64,000 bases of DNA, from NCBI GenBank assembly GCA_964016885.1, contig OZ024742.1, forward strand, positions 113,088,001 through 113,152,000. The letters run 5' to 3'. Below, piece by piece: positions 28,621-40,751 of the stretch. Source of the DNA: Eledone cirrhosa (taxonomy: Eukaryota). The notes beneath the pieces are model-generated. The model was not told the origin of the DNA and did not search any database. It worked only from the letters and a program-made list of their open reading frames with translations. Each line of letters begins with the position of its first letter. Positions within the stretch are counted from its first letter, which is position 1. The position numbers and the translations under genes are program-made.

Positions 28621-29152
28621 GGACTCTGCTTCCACGATATTTTCATGAATAATTAGGAGAATAAGAGAATAAGAAACTTCCCTGTGGAAATGTGTCATAT
28701 TCTTCTTAATTTATACCCTCTGCTTTAGCATCCAATGCTAATATTATTATCACCTGCATTCAGCCACTGATCATTTTCCTGTTTACCTTCATCTGATTAC
28801 AGATTATATAAACATTATCATTTTTTAACATGTCGAAAACGAGAGATTGTTAAAATAAGTATCATATTTCTCCTGCACATACATTATGTCTGCATTGATA
28901 TTGTTTTAGTTCTTGTGTTTCTTGTTGCTCTTATCGAACTGTTTCGAACACTAGTCACATGCCTTTGTAGCAAGCTTCATATCCCATTATGAGTTTATAA
29001 TGTTAACTATATAAATCTTCCACACTGACATTCTGAGTTTTACAATTCAATGGCACTGATTTGCTTGTCTTTTATTTAACACAGAACCAATAATATCTGG
29101 ATGAGTTTGACTATTATGAGATTCGTGTAATGGGCCCTGTATGCCTACACTC

Positions 29153-29229
<77 letters not shown>

Positions 29230-29274
29230 TGTGTATATGTATACGTATATATATATATATATGTGTATATATAT

Positions 29275-30640
29275 CACCCTCGCCACGTAGGGCCTACATA
29301 GGGTTAACCACCAATAGATTCAAGCAACGTCTTTACATGCATACCCATTCTTTTCGTTACCCTCTAAGAAGGTATATGACGTCACTTTCAGCTTATATCT
29401 GGAGTCTAAAAGACAACCACACCCAATATAAGTTACACTGGGAGATCCTGGCTAGGGCTAAATCGTATAATGGAAATAAAATACCATGTGACCTCTGCGC
29501 CGTTGAGCCCCTGGAAATACTCTACGCCACAGACCACATCTTAAACAAAAAATCTGAGGCAATTTCAGCTTGTAAACATAAATTGCATAAAACTTTCCTG
29601 TATTACAGCCCCACGTTATACCCTAACGGAAAGTATGATCTATACGTGTATATTTTACGTCTTGATGTGGTAGCTAAGTATTTGTTTTGTTCATACCATT
29701 ACTTATTTGCATAGGTAAGTATATATTACCTGTATGTTTTCTTAAGGTACGTCTACTTTCTCGTACGTATATTTGATTCTATATGTTATGGCGTATAATT
29801 TTATGTTATATATTCTGTTACATATGGTTTGGTTATGTGTATACGGGAGTTTTGCGTCTGTGTGAGTATGCAGGTTCGTACGTATGTAGGGTTTGTGTAT
29901 ATCTGTACTTCATGATTTGGTTGACTTACGTCTCCGAATATTTGTGTATTTACATGTAGGTATGTGTGTGCGCTTGTTATATACGTATTTATTTATTTAT
30001 ATACGTTTATTTAATTATTTATTTATTTGTATACACGCACACAGACACACACATATTAATATGTGCGTGGTTTTGTATACCTATGGTAAGTGTTTTCGCG
30101 TATGCTTGTGTATGTACGTTGTTGTATGTGTGTATGTATTTATTTAAATACTATTACCTCTATATTGTATTTATTTACTTTACTCTTAACTCTGAAGCGG
30201 AGATACATTCGGTCTCATGGTTAGAATTTTAGTCTACGACATCTGCTATACCATTTGCGTGGTTTTGACTTTGCGTTCAATTGTTCTCCACGTTCCACAT
30301 ATGACGTATTATCTTCGTTTTTCTTCGTTCATTGCCAGAGAACGTCTCTATGAACCACCTAAGAGAACATTACTCTACGGCCTATTTTATACCATAAACG
30401 TCGTTCTGTCTTTGCGCGTAATTGTTTTTCACCGCTCCTATTAATGACGTATTATATTCCTTTTTTCCCGTTATTTGCCAGGGAACGTTTCCACGAACCA
30501 AAGTATCGTCTCCCTATCTTCCTCCGGTTGCAACGTTTTTTGAAATATCCACTTCTGTGTTTACAGCTTGATTTGTTATTTTCAGAAGATCCCGTTAAGG
30601 GTCAAATCAGCGACTAATTGCTCAAACTTTAATCTGTTAA
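29275..30640 (+). mobile_element. 5'-truncated Penelope-like element (Naiad-like): GIY-YIG C-terminus plus long 3' UTR
   Basis: YIGLTTNRFKQRLYMH..SF..TSLSAYIWSLK..W.I..CDLC..E..LNKKSE..CKH parallels the endonuclease at 62430-62786. The 3' UTR recurs at 48200-50760. Confidence 0.85.
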
Positions 30641-30650
30641 ATATATATAA

Positions 30651-30704
<54 letters not shown>

Positions 30705-32039
30705 AGACATAGAATATTCGAAAATATTCTGTATGTTTATAATAAACATTTTGAAGACCTAATCGCTATAGAATAGAATACGTCACGTATTACAATTAGA
30801 TTCTCGATAAAAGCAAGGGAAGTAATCTACGCGTTTCATTCTTGTTAGAATTCATCAGGACTACATATCCAGTGCTTTTATCGAGAATGACACAGCTAGA
30901 GACTTATAGAATACTTAGCTGTGTACTGGAACTGGTTTGAAAGAGCGGTTGCCGGTCCGGCAGAAATTAGAAATTGGAATAAATGCTCTGAAATAGCGAT
31001 ATATATGTGAGTATAGACATAGAATATTCGAAAATATTCTGTATGTTTATAATAAACATTTTGAAGACCTAATCGCTATAGAATAGAATACGTCACGTAT
31101 TACAATTAGATTCTCGATAAAAGCAAGGGAAGTAATCTACGCGTTTCATTCTTGTTAGAATTCATCAGGACTACATATCCAGTGCTTTTATCGAGAATGA
31201 CACAGCTAGAGACTTATAGAATACTTAGCTGTGTACTGGAACTGGTTTGAAAGAGCGGTTGCCGGTCCGGCAGAAATTAGAAATTGGAATAAATGCTCTG
31301 AAATAGCGATATATATGTGAGTATAGACATAGAATATTCGAAAATATTCTGTATGTTTATAATAAACATTTTGAAGACCTAATCGCTATAGAATAGAATA
31401 CGTCACGTATTACAATTAGATTCTCGATAAAAGCAAGGGAAGTAATCTACGCGTTTCATTCTTGTTAGAATTCATCAGGACTACATATCCAGTGCTTTTA
31501 TCGAGAATGACACAGCTAGAGACTTATAGAATACTTAGCTGTGTACTGGAACTGGTTTGAAAGAGCGGTTGCCGGTCCGGCAGAAATTAGAAATTGGAAT
31601 AAATGCTCTGAAATAGCGATATATATGTGAGTATAGACATAGAATATTCGAAAATATTCTGTATGTTTATAATAAACATTTTGAAGACCTAATCGCTATA
31701 GAATAGAATACGTCACGTATTACAATTAGATTCTCGATAAAAGCAAGGGAAGTAATCTACGCGTTTCATTCTTGTTAGAATTCATCAGGACTATATATCC
31801 AGTGCTTTTATCGAGAATGACACAGCTAGAGACTTATAGAATACTTAGCTGTGTACTGGAACTGGTTTGAAAGAGCGGTTGCCGGTCCGGCAGAAATTAG
31901 AAATTGGAATAAATGCTCTGAAATAGCGATATATATGTGAGTATAGACATAGAATATTCGAAAATATTCTGTATGTTTATAATAAACATTTTGAAGACCT
32001 AATCGCTATAGAATAGAATACGTCACGTATTACAATTAG

Positions 32040-32128
32040 ATTCTCGATAAAAGCAAGGGAAGTAATCTACGCGTTTCATTCTTGTTAGAATTCATCAGGA
32101 CTACATATCCAGTGCTTTTATCGAGAAT
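32040..32128 (-). ncRNA. Type I hammerhead ribozyme (representative of 5 minus-strand copies, every 310 bp leftward)
   Basis: Reverse complement of 32398-32486. Confidence 0.9.
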
Positions 32129-32397
32129 GACACAGCTAGAGACTTATAGAATACTTAGCTGTGTACTGGAACTGGTTTGAAAGAGCGGTTGCCGGTCCGG
32201 CAGAAATTAGAAATTGGAATAAATGCTCTGAAATAGCGATATATATGTGAGTATAGACATATTCTATGTCTATACTCACATATATATCGCTATTTCAGAG
32301 CATTTATTCCAATTTCTAATTTCTGCCGGACCGGCAACCGCTCTTTCAAACCAGTTCCAGTACACAGCTAAGTATTCTATAAGTCTCTAGCTGTGTC

Positions 32398-32486
32398 ATT
32401 CTCGATAAAAGCACTGGATATGTAGTCCTGATGAATTCTAACAAGAATGAAACGCGTAGATTACTTCCCTTGCTTTTATCGAGAAT
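32398..32486 (+). ncRNA. Type I hammerhead ribozyme (representative of 7 plus-strand copies, every 310 bp rightward)
   Basis: gtagtc-CTGATGA-attct(aaca)agaat-GAAAcgcGTA-gattac. Stem I gtagtc/gattac is extended past an internal loop by a perfect 16-bp helix attctcgataaaagca/tgcttttatcgagaat. Predicted cleavage is after A32458. Confidence 0.92.
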
Positions 32487-34481
32487 CTAATTGTAATACG
32501 TGACGTATTCTATTCTATAGCGATTAGGTCTTCAAAATGTTTATTATAAACATACAGAATATTTTCGAATATTCTATGTCTATACTCACATATATATCGC
32601 TATTTCAGAGCATTTATTCCAATTTCTAATTTCTGCCGGACCGGCAACCGCTCTTTCAAACCAGTTCCAGTACACAGCTAAGTATTCTATAAGTCTCTAG
32701 CTGTGTCATTCTCGATAAAAGCACTGGATATGTAGTCCTGATGAATTCTAACAAGAATGAAACGCGTAGATTACTTCCCTTGCTTTTATCGAGAATCTAA
32801 TTGTAATACGTGACGTATTCTATTCTATAGCGATTAGGTCTTCAAAATGTTTATTATAAACATACAGAATATTTTCGAATATTCTATGTCTATACTCACA
32901 TATATATCGCTATTTCAGAGCATTTATTCCAATTTCTAATTTCTGCCGGACCGGCAACCGCTCTTTCAAACCAGTTCCAGTACACAGCTAAGTATTCTAT
33001 AAGTCTCTAGCTGTGTCATTCTCGATAAAAGCACTGGATATGTAGTCCTGATGAATTCTAACAAGAATGAAACGCGTAGATTACTTCCCTTGCTTTTATC
33101 GAGAATCTAATTGTAATACGTGACGTATTCTATTCTATAGCGATTAGGTCTTCAAAATGTTTATTATAAACATACAGAATATTTTCGAATATTCTATGTC
33201 TATACTCACATATATATCGCTATTTCAGAGCATTTATTCCAATTTCTAATTTCTGCCGGACCGGCAACCGCTCTTTCAAACCAGTTCCAGTACACAGCTA
33301 AGTATTCTATAAGTCTCTAGCTGTGTCATTCTCGATAAAAGCACTGGATATGTAGTCCTGATGAATTCTAACAAGAATGAAACGCGTAGATTACTTCCCT
33401 TGCTTTTATCGAGAATCTAATTGTAATACGTGACGTATTCTATTCTATAGCGATTAGGTCTTCAAAATGTTTATTATAAACATACAGAATATTTTCGAAT
33501 ATTCTATGTCTATACTCACATATATATCGCTATTTCAGAGCATTTATTCCAATTTCTAATTTCTGCCGGACCGGCAACCGCTCTTTCAAACCAGTTCCAG
33601 TACACAGCTAAGTATTCTATAAGTCTCTAGCTGTGTCATTCTCGATAAAAGCACTGGATATGTAGTCCTGATGAATTCTAACAAGAATGAAACGCGTAGA
33701 TTACTTCCCTTGCTTTTATCGAGAATCTAATTGTAATACGTGACGTATTCTATTCTATAGCGATTAGGTCTTCAAAATGTTTATTATAAACATACAGAAT
33801 ATTTTCGAATATTCTATGTCTATACTCACATATATATCGCTATTTCAGAGCATTTATTCCAATTTCTAATTTCTGCCGGACCGGCAACCGCTCTTTCAAA
33901 CCAGTTCCAGTACACAGCTAAGTATTCTATAAGTCTCTAGCTGTGTCATTCTCGATAAAAGCACTGGATATGTAGTCCTGATGAATTCTAACAAGAATGA
34001 AACGCGTAGATTACTTCCCTTGCTTTTATCGAGAATCTAATTGTAATACGTGACGTATTCTATTCTATAGCGATTAGGTCTTCAAAATGTTTATTATAAA
34101 CATACAGAATATTTTCGAATATTCTATGTCTATACTCACATATATATCGCTATTTCAGAGCATTTATTCCAATTTCTAATTTCTGCCGGACCGGCAACCG
34201 CTCTTTCAAACCAGTTCCAGTACACAGCTAAGTATTCTATAAGTCTCTAGCTGTGTCATTCTCGATAAAAGCACTGGATATGTAGTCCTGATGAATTCTA
34301 ACAAGAATGAAACGCGTAGATTACTTCCCTTGCTTTTATCGAGAATCTAATTGTAATACGTGACGTATTCTATTCTATAGCGATTAGGTCTTCAAAATGT
34401 TTATTATAAACATACAGAATATTTTCGAATATTCTATGTCTATACTCACATATATATCGCTATTTCAGAGCATTTATTCCA

Positions 34482-34511
<30 letters not shown>

Positions 34512-34512
<1 letters not shown>

Positions 34513-34592
34513 ACATTAAATTTTGCTATGATACTTACATAGAGCACTCTTCACTTCTATGACCTCTTCTGTTTCTACGGAAATTCCAATAC
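34512..34592 (+). mobile_element. Fragment of the 5' leader of the Naiad-like PLE family
   Basis: tacattaaattttgct..gatacttacatagagcactcttca..tctatgacc.. closely matches 60455-60536. Confidence 0.85.
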
Positions 34593-34705
34593 ATATATAT
34601 ATATATATTTATATGTATTCAGTTTTGGTTTTAAGTAATACAGGTTGCGCATTTCTAAAGCTTTTCAAAAATAATTTTGAGATAGTGCGCCCGTGATGTT
34701 TGCTC

Positions 34706-34902
34706 TAATATATGTATATATGTATGTATATATGTATGTATATATATATGACGTTATAGTCGCATATATGTTATAGAATGCCGTTAGCTTCTTGCTAAAA
34801 CAATCTCCATACCTCTCATTTATATATATGTATATATGTATGTATGTATGTATATATATATATATATGTATGTATGTATGTATATGTATATATGTATGTA
34901 TG

Positions 34903-34933
<31 letters not shown>

Positions 34934-35597
34934 ATATATATGTATGTATGTATGTATATATATGTTTGTTTGTATGTATGTATGTATATATGTATATATG
35001 TATGTATATATGTATGTATGTATATATATATATGTATGTATGTATATGTGTATACGGGTGTATGTATATATATATATATGTATGTATGTATTGTATATGT
35101 ATGTACGTATGTATCTATGTATGTATGTGCATATATGTGTGTATGTATGTGTATGTATATATGTATGTATGTATATATCTATATGTATGTATGTATATAT
35201 ATGTATGTATGTATATATATATATATATATGTATGTATATATGTATGTATGTATATATGTATGTATATATATATATATATATGTATGTATATATATATAT
35301 ATATGTATGTATATATATATATGTATGTATGTATATATGTATGTATGTATGTATGCATGTATGTATGTATGTATGTATGTTTGTATGTATATATATATAT
35401 ATGTATATATGTATGTACATATATATGTATGTATATATGTATGTATATATGTATGTATGTATGCATATGTATATATGTATGTATGTATATGTATATATAT
35501 GTATGTATGTATGTATGTATATATATATGTATGTATATATATATATGTATGTATATATATATATATATATGTATGTATATATATGTATATGTATGTA

Positions 35598-35658
<61 letters not shown>

Positions 35659-35712
35659 ATACATATTTATGTATATATATATGTATGTATATGTGTATGT
35701 ATATATATATGT

Positions 35713-35743
<31 letters not shown>

Positions 35744-35970
35744 TATGTATGTATATGTATATATATATGTATGTATATGTTTATATATATGTATGTATAT
35801 GTATATATATATATGTATGTATATGTATATGTATATATGTATGTATGTATATGTATATGTATGTGTGTATATGTATATATGTATGTATGTATATGTATAT
35901 ATGTATGTATGTATATGTATATGTGTATATGTATGTATATGTATATATATATATATGTATATGTATATAT

Positions 35971-36002
<32 letters not shown>

Positions 36003-36095
36003 GTATATATATATGTATATGGATGTATATATATGTATGTATATATATATATGTATATGTATATATATGTATGTGTGTATGTATATATATGTATG

Positions 36096-36138
<43 letters not shown>

Positions 36139-36151
36139 ATATGTATATATG

Positions 36152-36194
<43 letters not shown>

Positions 36195-36204
36195 ATGTAT
36201 ATAT
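34706..36204. repeat. Long compound (TA)n/(TATG)n microsatellite
   Basis: Directly visible, ~1.4 kb. It is the source of the spurious 360-500 aa Y/I/M/V/C ORFs. Confidence 0.95.
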
Positions 36205-39200
36205 GTTTTCTCTTTCTCTTAATTTCGAGTATATTTTTTTGACCGGCCACCTTCCTGGTGGCAAGGTTGTAAAAGAAAAGAAATTGTCATCCCTTGAATC
36301 GCAAGAATGTTTTGCATATTTTGAAGGTGCCAGCCATCGCAGCCATTTGTAGACTATGAATTAGGGAGCTGCGCTTTTTGTCCGCAAATCCAAGTTCGGT
36401 CATACTTTGGTCCAAGCGGGTTGGTATATAATCCGTAGCACCAATAATGATGGGTATGAAGCTAAAGGTGTATCTTGGATACTGGATTTGTAAGCTCCTC
36501 ATCAATGGTCCGTAGATGTCCTCCTTCTCCTGTATTTTTCTGACAACGTTTACATCAAGTGGGCAGCTGATCTCCACAACAGAACACGTTTTCAATGTGT
36601 GGTCCCAAACTACAATATCAGGCCGGTTGTGCTTTAATTTGGTGGCAGTTTTTATTTTCAGGTTCCACCAGTATTCCTTAGTGCCATCTGTCTCAATATA
36701 TTCTTCCTCGTTTGTTGTTAATTTTGTTTTCCGAAGTGCGTTCCAGATAGTTCTAGCTATCCCATCGTGTCTCATGGGGAGGTAGTAGCGAGATGACATT
36801 CTTTCGCAGCTGGCAACAATGTGGCTTACATCCTCGATCTTTGTTTTACATAGCCTACATTTATTGTCAGCTGCTGGCCCTCCTCTTTTGTGCAGCAGAT
36901 ATTTGGTAGGGAGTTCTTGTTCCTGTATTGCATAGAGATATCCCTCAAGGTGTGATGTCATAAACTTGTCGGAACTCCATGCCAGGCTTTTTGAGTGGTT
37001 TATCCCCTCTATGGTCTGTGTTTTACGCCTCAAGTATCCATGCACAACTTTCTCTGTAAATTGGTCAATTTTTTTTTCTTGTTTGAACATTGAATAGGAT
37101 CTTCCGATTTCTCTGGGTGAGAGATTTATATCAGGCTTTATTCCATATCTCTCCTCCAGATCAGTCGCTATTCTAATGATATTTCTTTTTTCATGCTCAT
37201 AAACCTGAGCAAGATGGTCGCCAACCTTTTTCCTCTGTTGAAGGTGTTGCTTCAGTGTTACTATCCGGGTCTCATATGTTGTTAATATTGATTTTAGACC
37301 CCGGCCACCTTCCTTGCGTGAGAAGTATAGCCTATCCACATCACCATTGATGTTAAAGTTCCCAGTAACACTGAGAAGTTTACGAGTTCTAACATCCATC
37401 TCACTTAGTTCTTGCAATGACCAGTTCAGCAGGCCAAATGTTGGCGTTATAATTGGCACAGCATAGGTATTGTGGGCAATGTATTTGTTGTATGCTGACA
37501 GTTCTGATGACCATATTTTTTTTACTCTTCTGAGGTATTCAGTTCTGGTTCTCTCCTTATTTATGGGTCCATCATATCTGACATTCTCATCCTGTCCAAG
37601 ATATCTGTAGTTGTCACCTGACTGCAGAGGTTGTATTGTCAGGCCGTTCATATCTAGATTTCTAGAGGAGGGCACAGCTCTTCCACGTTTTACTGCCAAA
37701 TATGCACACTTGGACTCACCAAATTTCATTTTGATGTCGGTTGAAAATTGTGTAATGAGGTCCAATTGTTTCTTGATGTCATTGATATTTGGCCCATACA
37801 ACTTCAGGTCATCAACAAAGAAAAGATGGGAGATACTTCTGGGCCTACTTCTTTGTCCACCTTGTTTCCTGAGTAGGTAAGATAGTGGATTCAGTGAGAG
37901 AACGAAGAGTAGTACTGACAAGCTATCACCCTGAAAGATGCCCTTCTGGTAATGTATCCTATCAGTCTTAACCTGCTCCTTCTCACCTCTAAGGATCAAA
38001 TTGGTGTACCAGTTCTTGGTCAGGCGTTCAACAGCAGCTACTAATGGTTGTGGGACTTTAGCTAACTGTAAAGCCTTAATAATCCACCCATGAGGTACAC
38101 TATCAAATGCTTTTTGATAGTCCAGCCACACGACAGTCATGTTTCTGCGATTCTTTGTTGTTTTTTCCTGAATCATTTTGTTAGTTAGTAGGTGATCTAT
38201 GCAACCCCACACCTCCCTCTTTCCACCAGCTTGCTCAGGTGTTATGATGTTGTTGGTAGCACAGTGATCCTGTAAGAACAGGTTAAGGCACCCAGTATAT
38301 AATTTATACATGATGTTTTGGCAGGCAATTGGGCGGTAATTTTTAGCAAGGGTGGTTTGGCTATTTTTGGGAATGAGGAGAGTAGTGGCAGTTGATAACC
38401 ATCTGGGCAGTTCTTGTGTGCCCTTAATGGTTTCTGTAAACAGCCGTATGAGATCTTGCCGATAGAAAGTGAAATTCTTCAACCAGTATCCTGTAATGAG
38501 GTCTGGGCCTGGCGATTTCCTATTCGACATTTTCTGTAGAGCTGTTTCCAGTATTGACCCATCTATGTCATATTGTTTTGTCTGGACATGTTGGCAGTAG
38601 TCCTGTTCCAGTTGTTTTAGCCAATTAGCTTGTCTGTTGAATCCGTCATCCGTTTCCCATACAGATCTCCAGTAGTTCTCAACCTGTTCTTTTGAAGGGG
38701 TGTCGTTTACATGGATTGAGCTTTTGCCACCGAAGCTGCGATAAACTGATTTAGGATCTCTGGCAAACAATCTATTTAGCACTTGTCGTTTATGGGCTGT
38801 TGACTTATATTTTAGTCTTTCTGTTGTAGCTGTGAGTTGTTGTTTCAACTGGTGTAATTTGGAGTTCAAAGTTTTAAATTTGGTATCTCCAAATCGTCTC
38901 TCTAACTTTTTCTTTAGGTCTTCCTGGTGTCGTGTGAAGTTTCTCTCTATGTTGCATTTCATAACGACTGCGATGTGTGAGATACTTCGTCTCAGGGACA
39001 AAATTTTGGTTTTTAAATTTCGCATCCACGCTGGTTCAGGCTTTCTGTTTGTATCTTGATTGCGTGGTTTTAGATGTGTGTTATATGATAGCAATGTGAC
39101 AGCTGAAACATATAACAAAACATTGAGCGTTTCAAATGTCGTTTCTACACCTTTAGATCGTATAGCCTTCAGATAATTGCCAGCTATTTCGTTCACCGCT

Positions 39201-40428
39201 TCCAATTCCAATTTAGTGGGTTCTTTACTGACTCTAGTGTTGTACGGTCTGTCACTCACATTAAGGCTGTGTATCTCTTGAAACATATCGTTCCATATCA
39301 CTTGTAGGGTGCCCACAAGTTTTTGGTGCTCTGTTTGTTCAGTAGAGTCATGAATTGCAGCCTCGTTGTTGATGTGGTGACAATTACTACTAGAGTCAGC
39401 TGACCTTTCTCGCTGTTCTTCAGTGGAAGTGGGATGGATTTCAGCAAAATTGTTGGTGAGCTGTTCACTGTTAGATTTAGCCGGCCATTCTCTTTGTCTG
39501 TCAGTGGAGGTGGGGTGGTTGTCTACAAGGGCTGTATTTGTAGTATCACTCGATTCCGTTAGATGTATCAATTTACATCTAATGATACGTTTTGCCTGTT
39601 CATTTAGATGCTTTGGAGAAAAGTCTAATTCTGGGTGTTTGGAGTTCCATAAAGTTTTTAGCCTTTGCATAAAACCGAACTTTTGGGGTTCAGATTGTTT
39701 GTATGCTTCATATAATTCTTTGTTAAGCTCGTAGCTCCACTGTATACAACGGTTGTAATTGCGATTTGGTCGAAGGAGACTTGTACTTTTTGCCATGATG
39801 AGTTCGTCTATTCACTAATATTTTGTATTTATTTTTTTTAAATAGTCGATGATCTTCTTTAAAAGTTACGACAAAGTTCTGTCAGAATCAAATTTAAAGT
39901 TATTCACAGCTTGGGTAATATTTCTTTTCAGTTAGTTTTTAATTCTACAACTGTGTTTTAAACGTTGTTCTTGAATCGTTTGAATCGAGAACAAAAAGAA
40001 CCGTTACTTAGTATATTCCTTTACGAATGTAATATAATATAACAATGCTGTATTTATATGTTAAAGTTTATGTATCATTCATATAAATAGGTGTTCTACA
40101 ACATATTCACAACATTCACAGTTCAAACACTTATATTTTTGTTTCTGAATCGAAAACGTTACTTTTATATTTCTTTATAAATGTAATATAACAACGTTGC
40201 ATTTATATGTTAAAGTGTATGTATCGTTCATATATCATAAGTGTATGTATCGTTCATATAAATAGGTGTTTTACAACACACTTACAGTTCAAACACTTAT
40301 GTAGAATTATTGTATGTAATCTTACCGCGTAATGTAGCTCAACTTTTTCCAATATATGGTATGTTGCCTTCATGTAAGCCGTAATTACACACGTCCAATT
40401 ATCGGACACTGACCACAACGGTCGCCAT
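36205..40428 (-). mobile_element. Apparently full-length R4/Dong-like non-LTR retrotransposon
   Basis: Single long ORF with ~630-bp 5' UTR and ~80-bp 3' UTR, flanked on both sides by TA/TATG repeats. Confidence 0.88.
36287..39796 (-). CDS. RT + CCHC + restriction-like (REL) endonuclease polyprotein, 1169 aa, uninterrupted
   Basis: [46 protein letters not shown], then [26 protein letters not shown] and K..Y. Confidence 0.93.
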   Translation of the reverse strand: MAKSTSLLRPNRNYNRCIQWSYELNKELYEAYKQSEPQKFGFMQRLKTLWNSKHPELDFSPKHLNEQAKRIIRCKLIHLTESSDTTNTALVDNHPTSTDRQREWPAKSNSEQLTNNFAEIHPTSTEEQRERSADSSSNCHHINNEAAIHDSTEQTEHQKLVGTLQVIWNDMFQEIHSLNVSDRPYNTRVSKEPTKLELEAVNEIAGNYLKAIRSKGVETTFETLNVLLYVSAVTLLSYNTHLKPRNQDTNRKPEPAWMRNLKTKILSLRRSISHIAVVMKCNIERNFTRHQEDLKKKLERRFGDTKFKTLNSKLHQLKQQLTATTERLKYKSTAHKRQVLNRLFARDPKSVYRSFGGKSSIHVNDTPSKEQVENYWRSVWETDDGFNRQANWLKQLEQDYCQHVQTKQYDIDGSILETALQKMSNRKSPGPDLITGYWLKNFTFYRQDLIRLFTETIKGTQELPRWLSTATTLLIPKNSQTTLAKNYRPIACQNIMYKLYTGCLNLFLQDHCATNNIITPEQAGGKREVWGCIDHLLTNKMIQEKTTKNRRNMTVVWLDYQKAFDSVPHGWIIKALQLAKVPQPLVAAVERLTKNWYTNLILRGEKEQVKTDRIHYQKGIFQGDSLSVLLFVLSLNPLSYLLRKQGGQRSRPRSISHLFFVDDLKLYGPNINDIKKQLDLITQFSTDIKMKFGESKCAYLAVKRGRAVPSSRNLDMNGLTIQPLQSGDNYRYLGQDENVRYDGPINKERTRTEYLRRVKKIWSSELSAYNKYIAHNTYAVPIITPTFGLLNWSLQELSEMDVRTRKLLSVTGNFNINGDVDRLYFSRKEGGRGLKSILTTYETRIVTLKQHLQQRKKVGDHLAQVYEHEKRNIIRIATDLEERYGIKPDINLSPREIGRSYSMFKQEKKIDQFTEKVVHGYLRRKTQTIEGINHSKSLAWSSDKFMTSHLEGYLYAIQEQELPTKYLLHKRGGPAADNKCRLCKTKIEDVSHIVASCERMSSRYYLPMRHDGIARTIWNALRKTKLTTNEEEYIETDGTKEYWWNLKIKTATKLKHNRPDIVVWDHTLKTCSVVEISCPLDVNVVRKIQEKEDIYGPLMRSLQIQYPRYTFSFIPIIIGATDYIPTRLDQSMTELGFADKKRSSLIHSLQMAAMAGTFKICKTFLRFKG

Positions 40429-40438
40429 TGTATGTATG

Positions 40439-40472
<34 letters not shown>

Positions 40473-40480
40473 TGTATGTA

Positions 40481-40516
<36 letters not shown>

Positions 40517-40751
40517 TGTATGTATATATATGTATGTATATATGTATATATGTATGTATGTATATAAATATATATATATATATATGTATGTGTATATGTA
40601 TATATATATATATATATGTATTATATATTTATATGTATGTATATATATATATATATATATGTATGTGTATATATATATATGTATGTATGTATATATATAT
40701 GTATGTATGTATATATATATATGTATGTATATATGTATATATATATATATG
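40429..40751. repeat. (TATG)n/(TA)n microsatellite
   Basis: Directly visible. Confidence 0.95.

Larger units (their letters stand above)
30701..34485. repeat. Palindromic tandem array of a 310-bp hammerhead-containing unit (retrozyme-like): 5 units, then 7+ inverted units
   Basis: Unit starts at 30701, 31011, 31321, 31631 and 31941. Inversion axis at 32263. Inverted units start at 32261, 32571, 32881, 33191, 33501, 33811 and 34121, with a partial at 34431-34485. Confidence 0.97.

Noticed and set aside
30701-34485. CRISPR array or plain satellite
   Set aside because: No unique spacers and a eukaryotic context. The conserved hammerhead explains the unit better than a simple satellite.
34792-36352. 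Several 360-500 aa ORFs
   Set aside because: Translations of the TA/TATG microsatellite, which lacks stop codons. The same applies to the YI/CV/HT-rich ORFs elsewhere in the window.
40300-40428. HDV-like ribozyme at the R4-like 5' end
   Set aside because: Only small hairpins are visible. I could not build the nested double pseudoknot.
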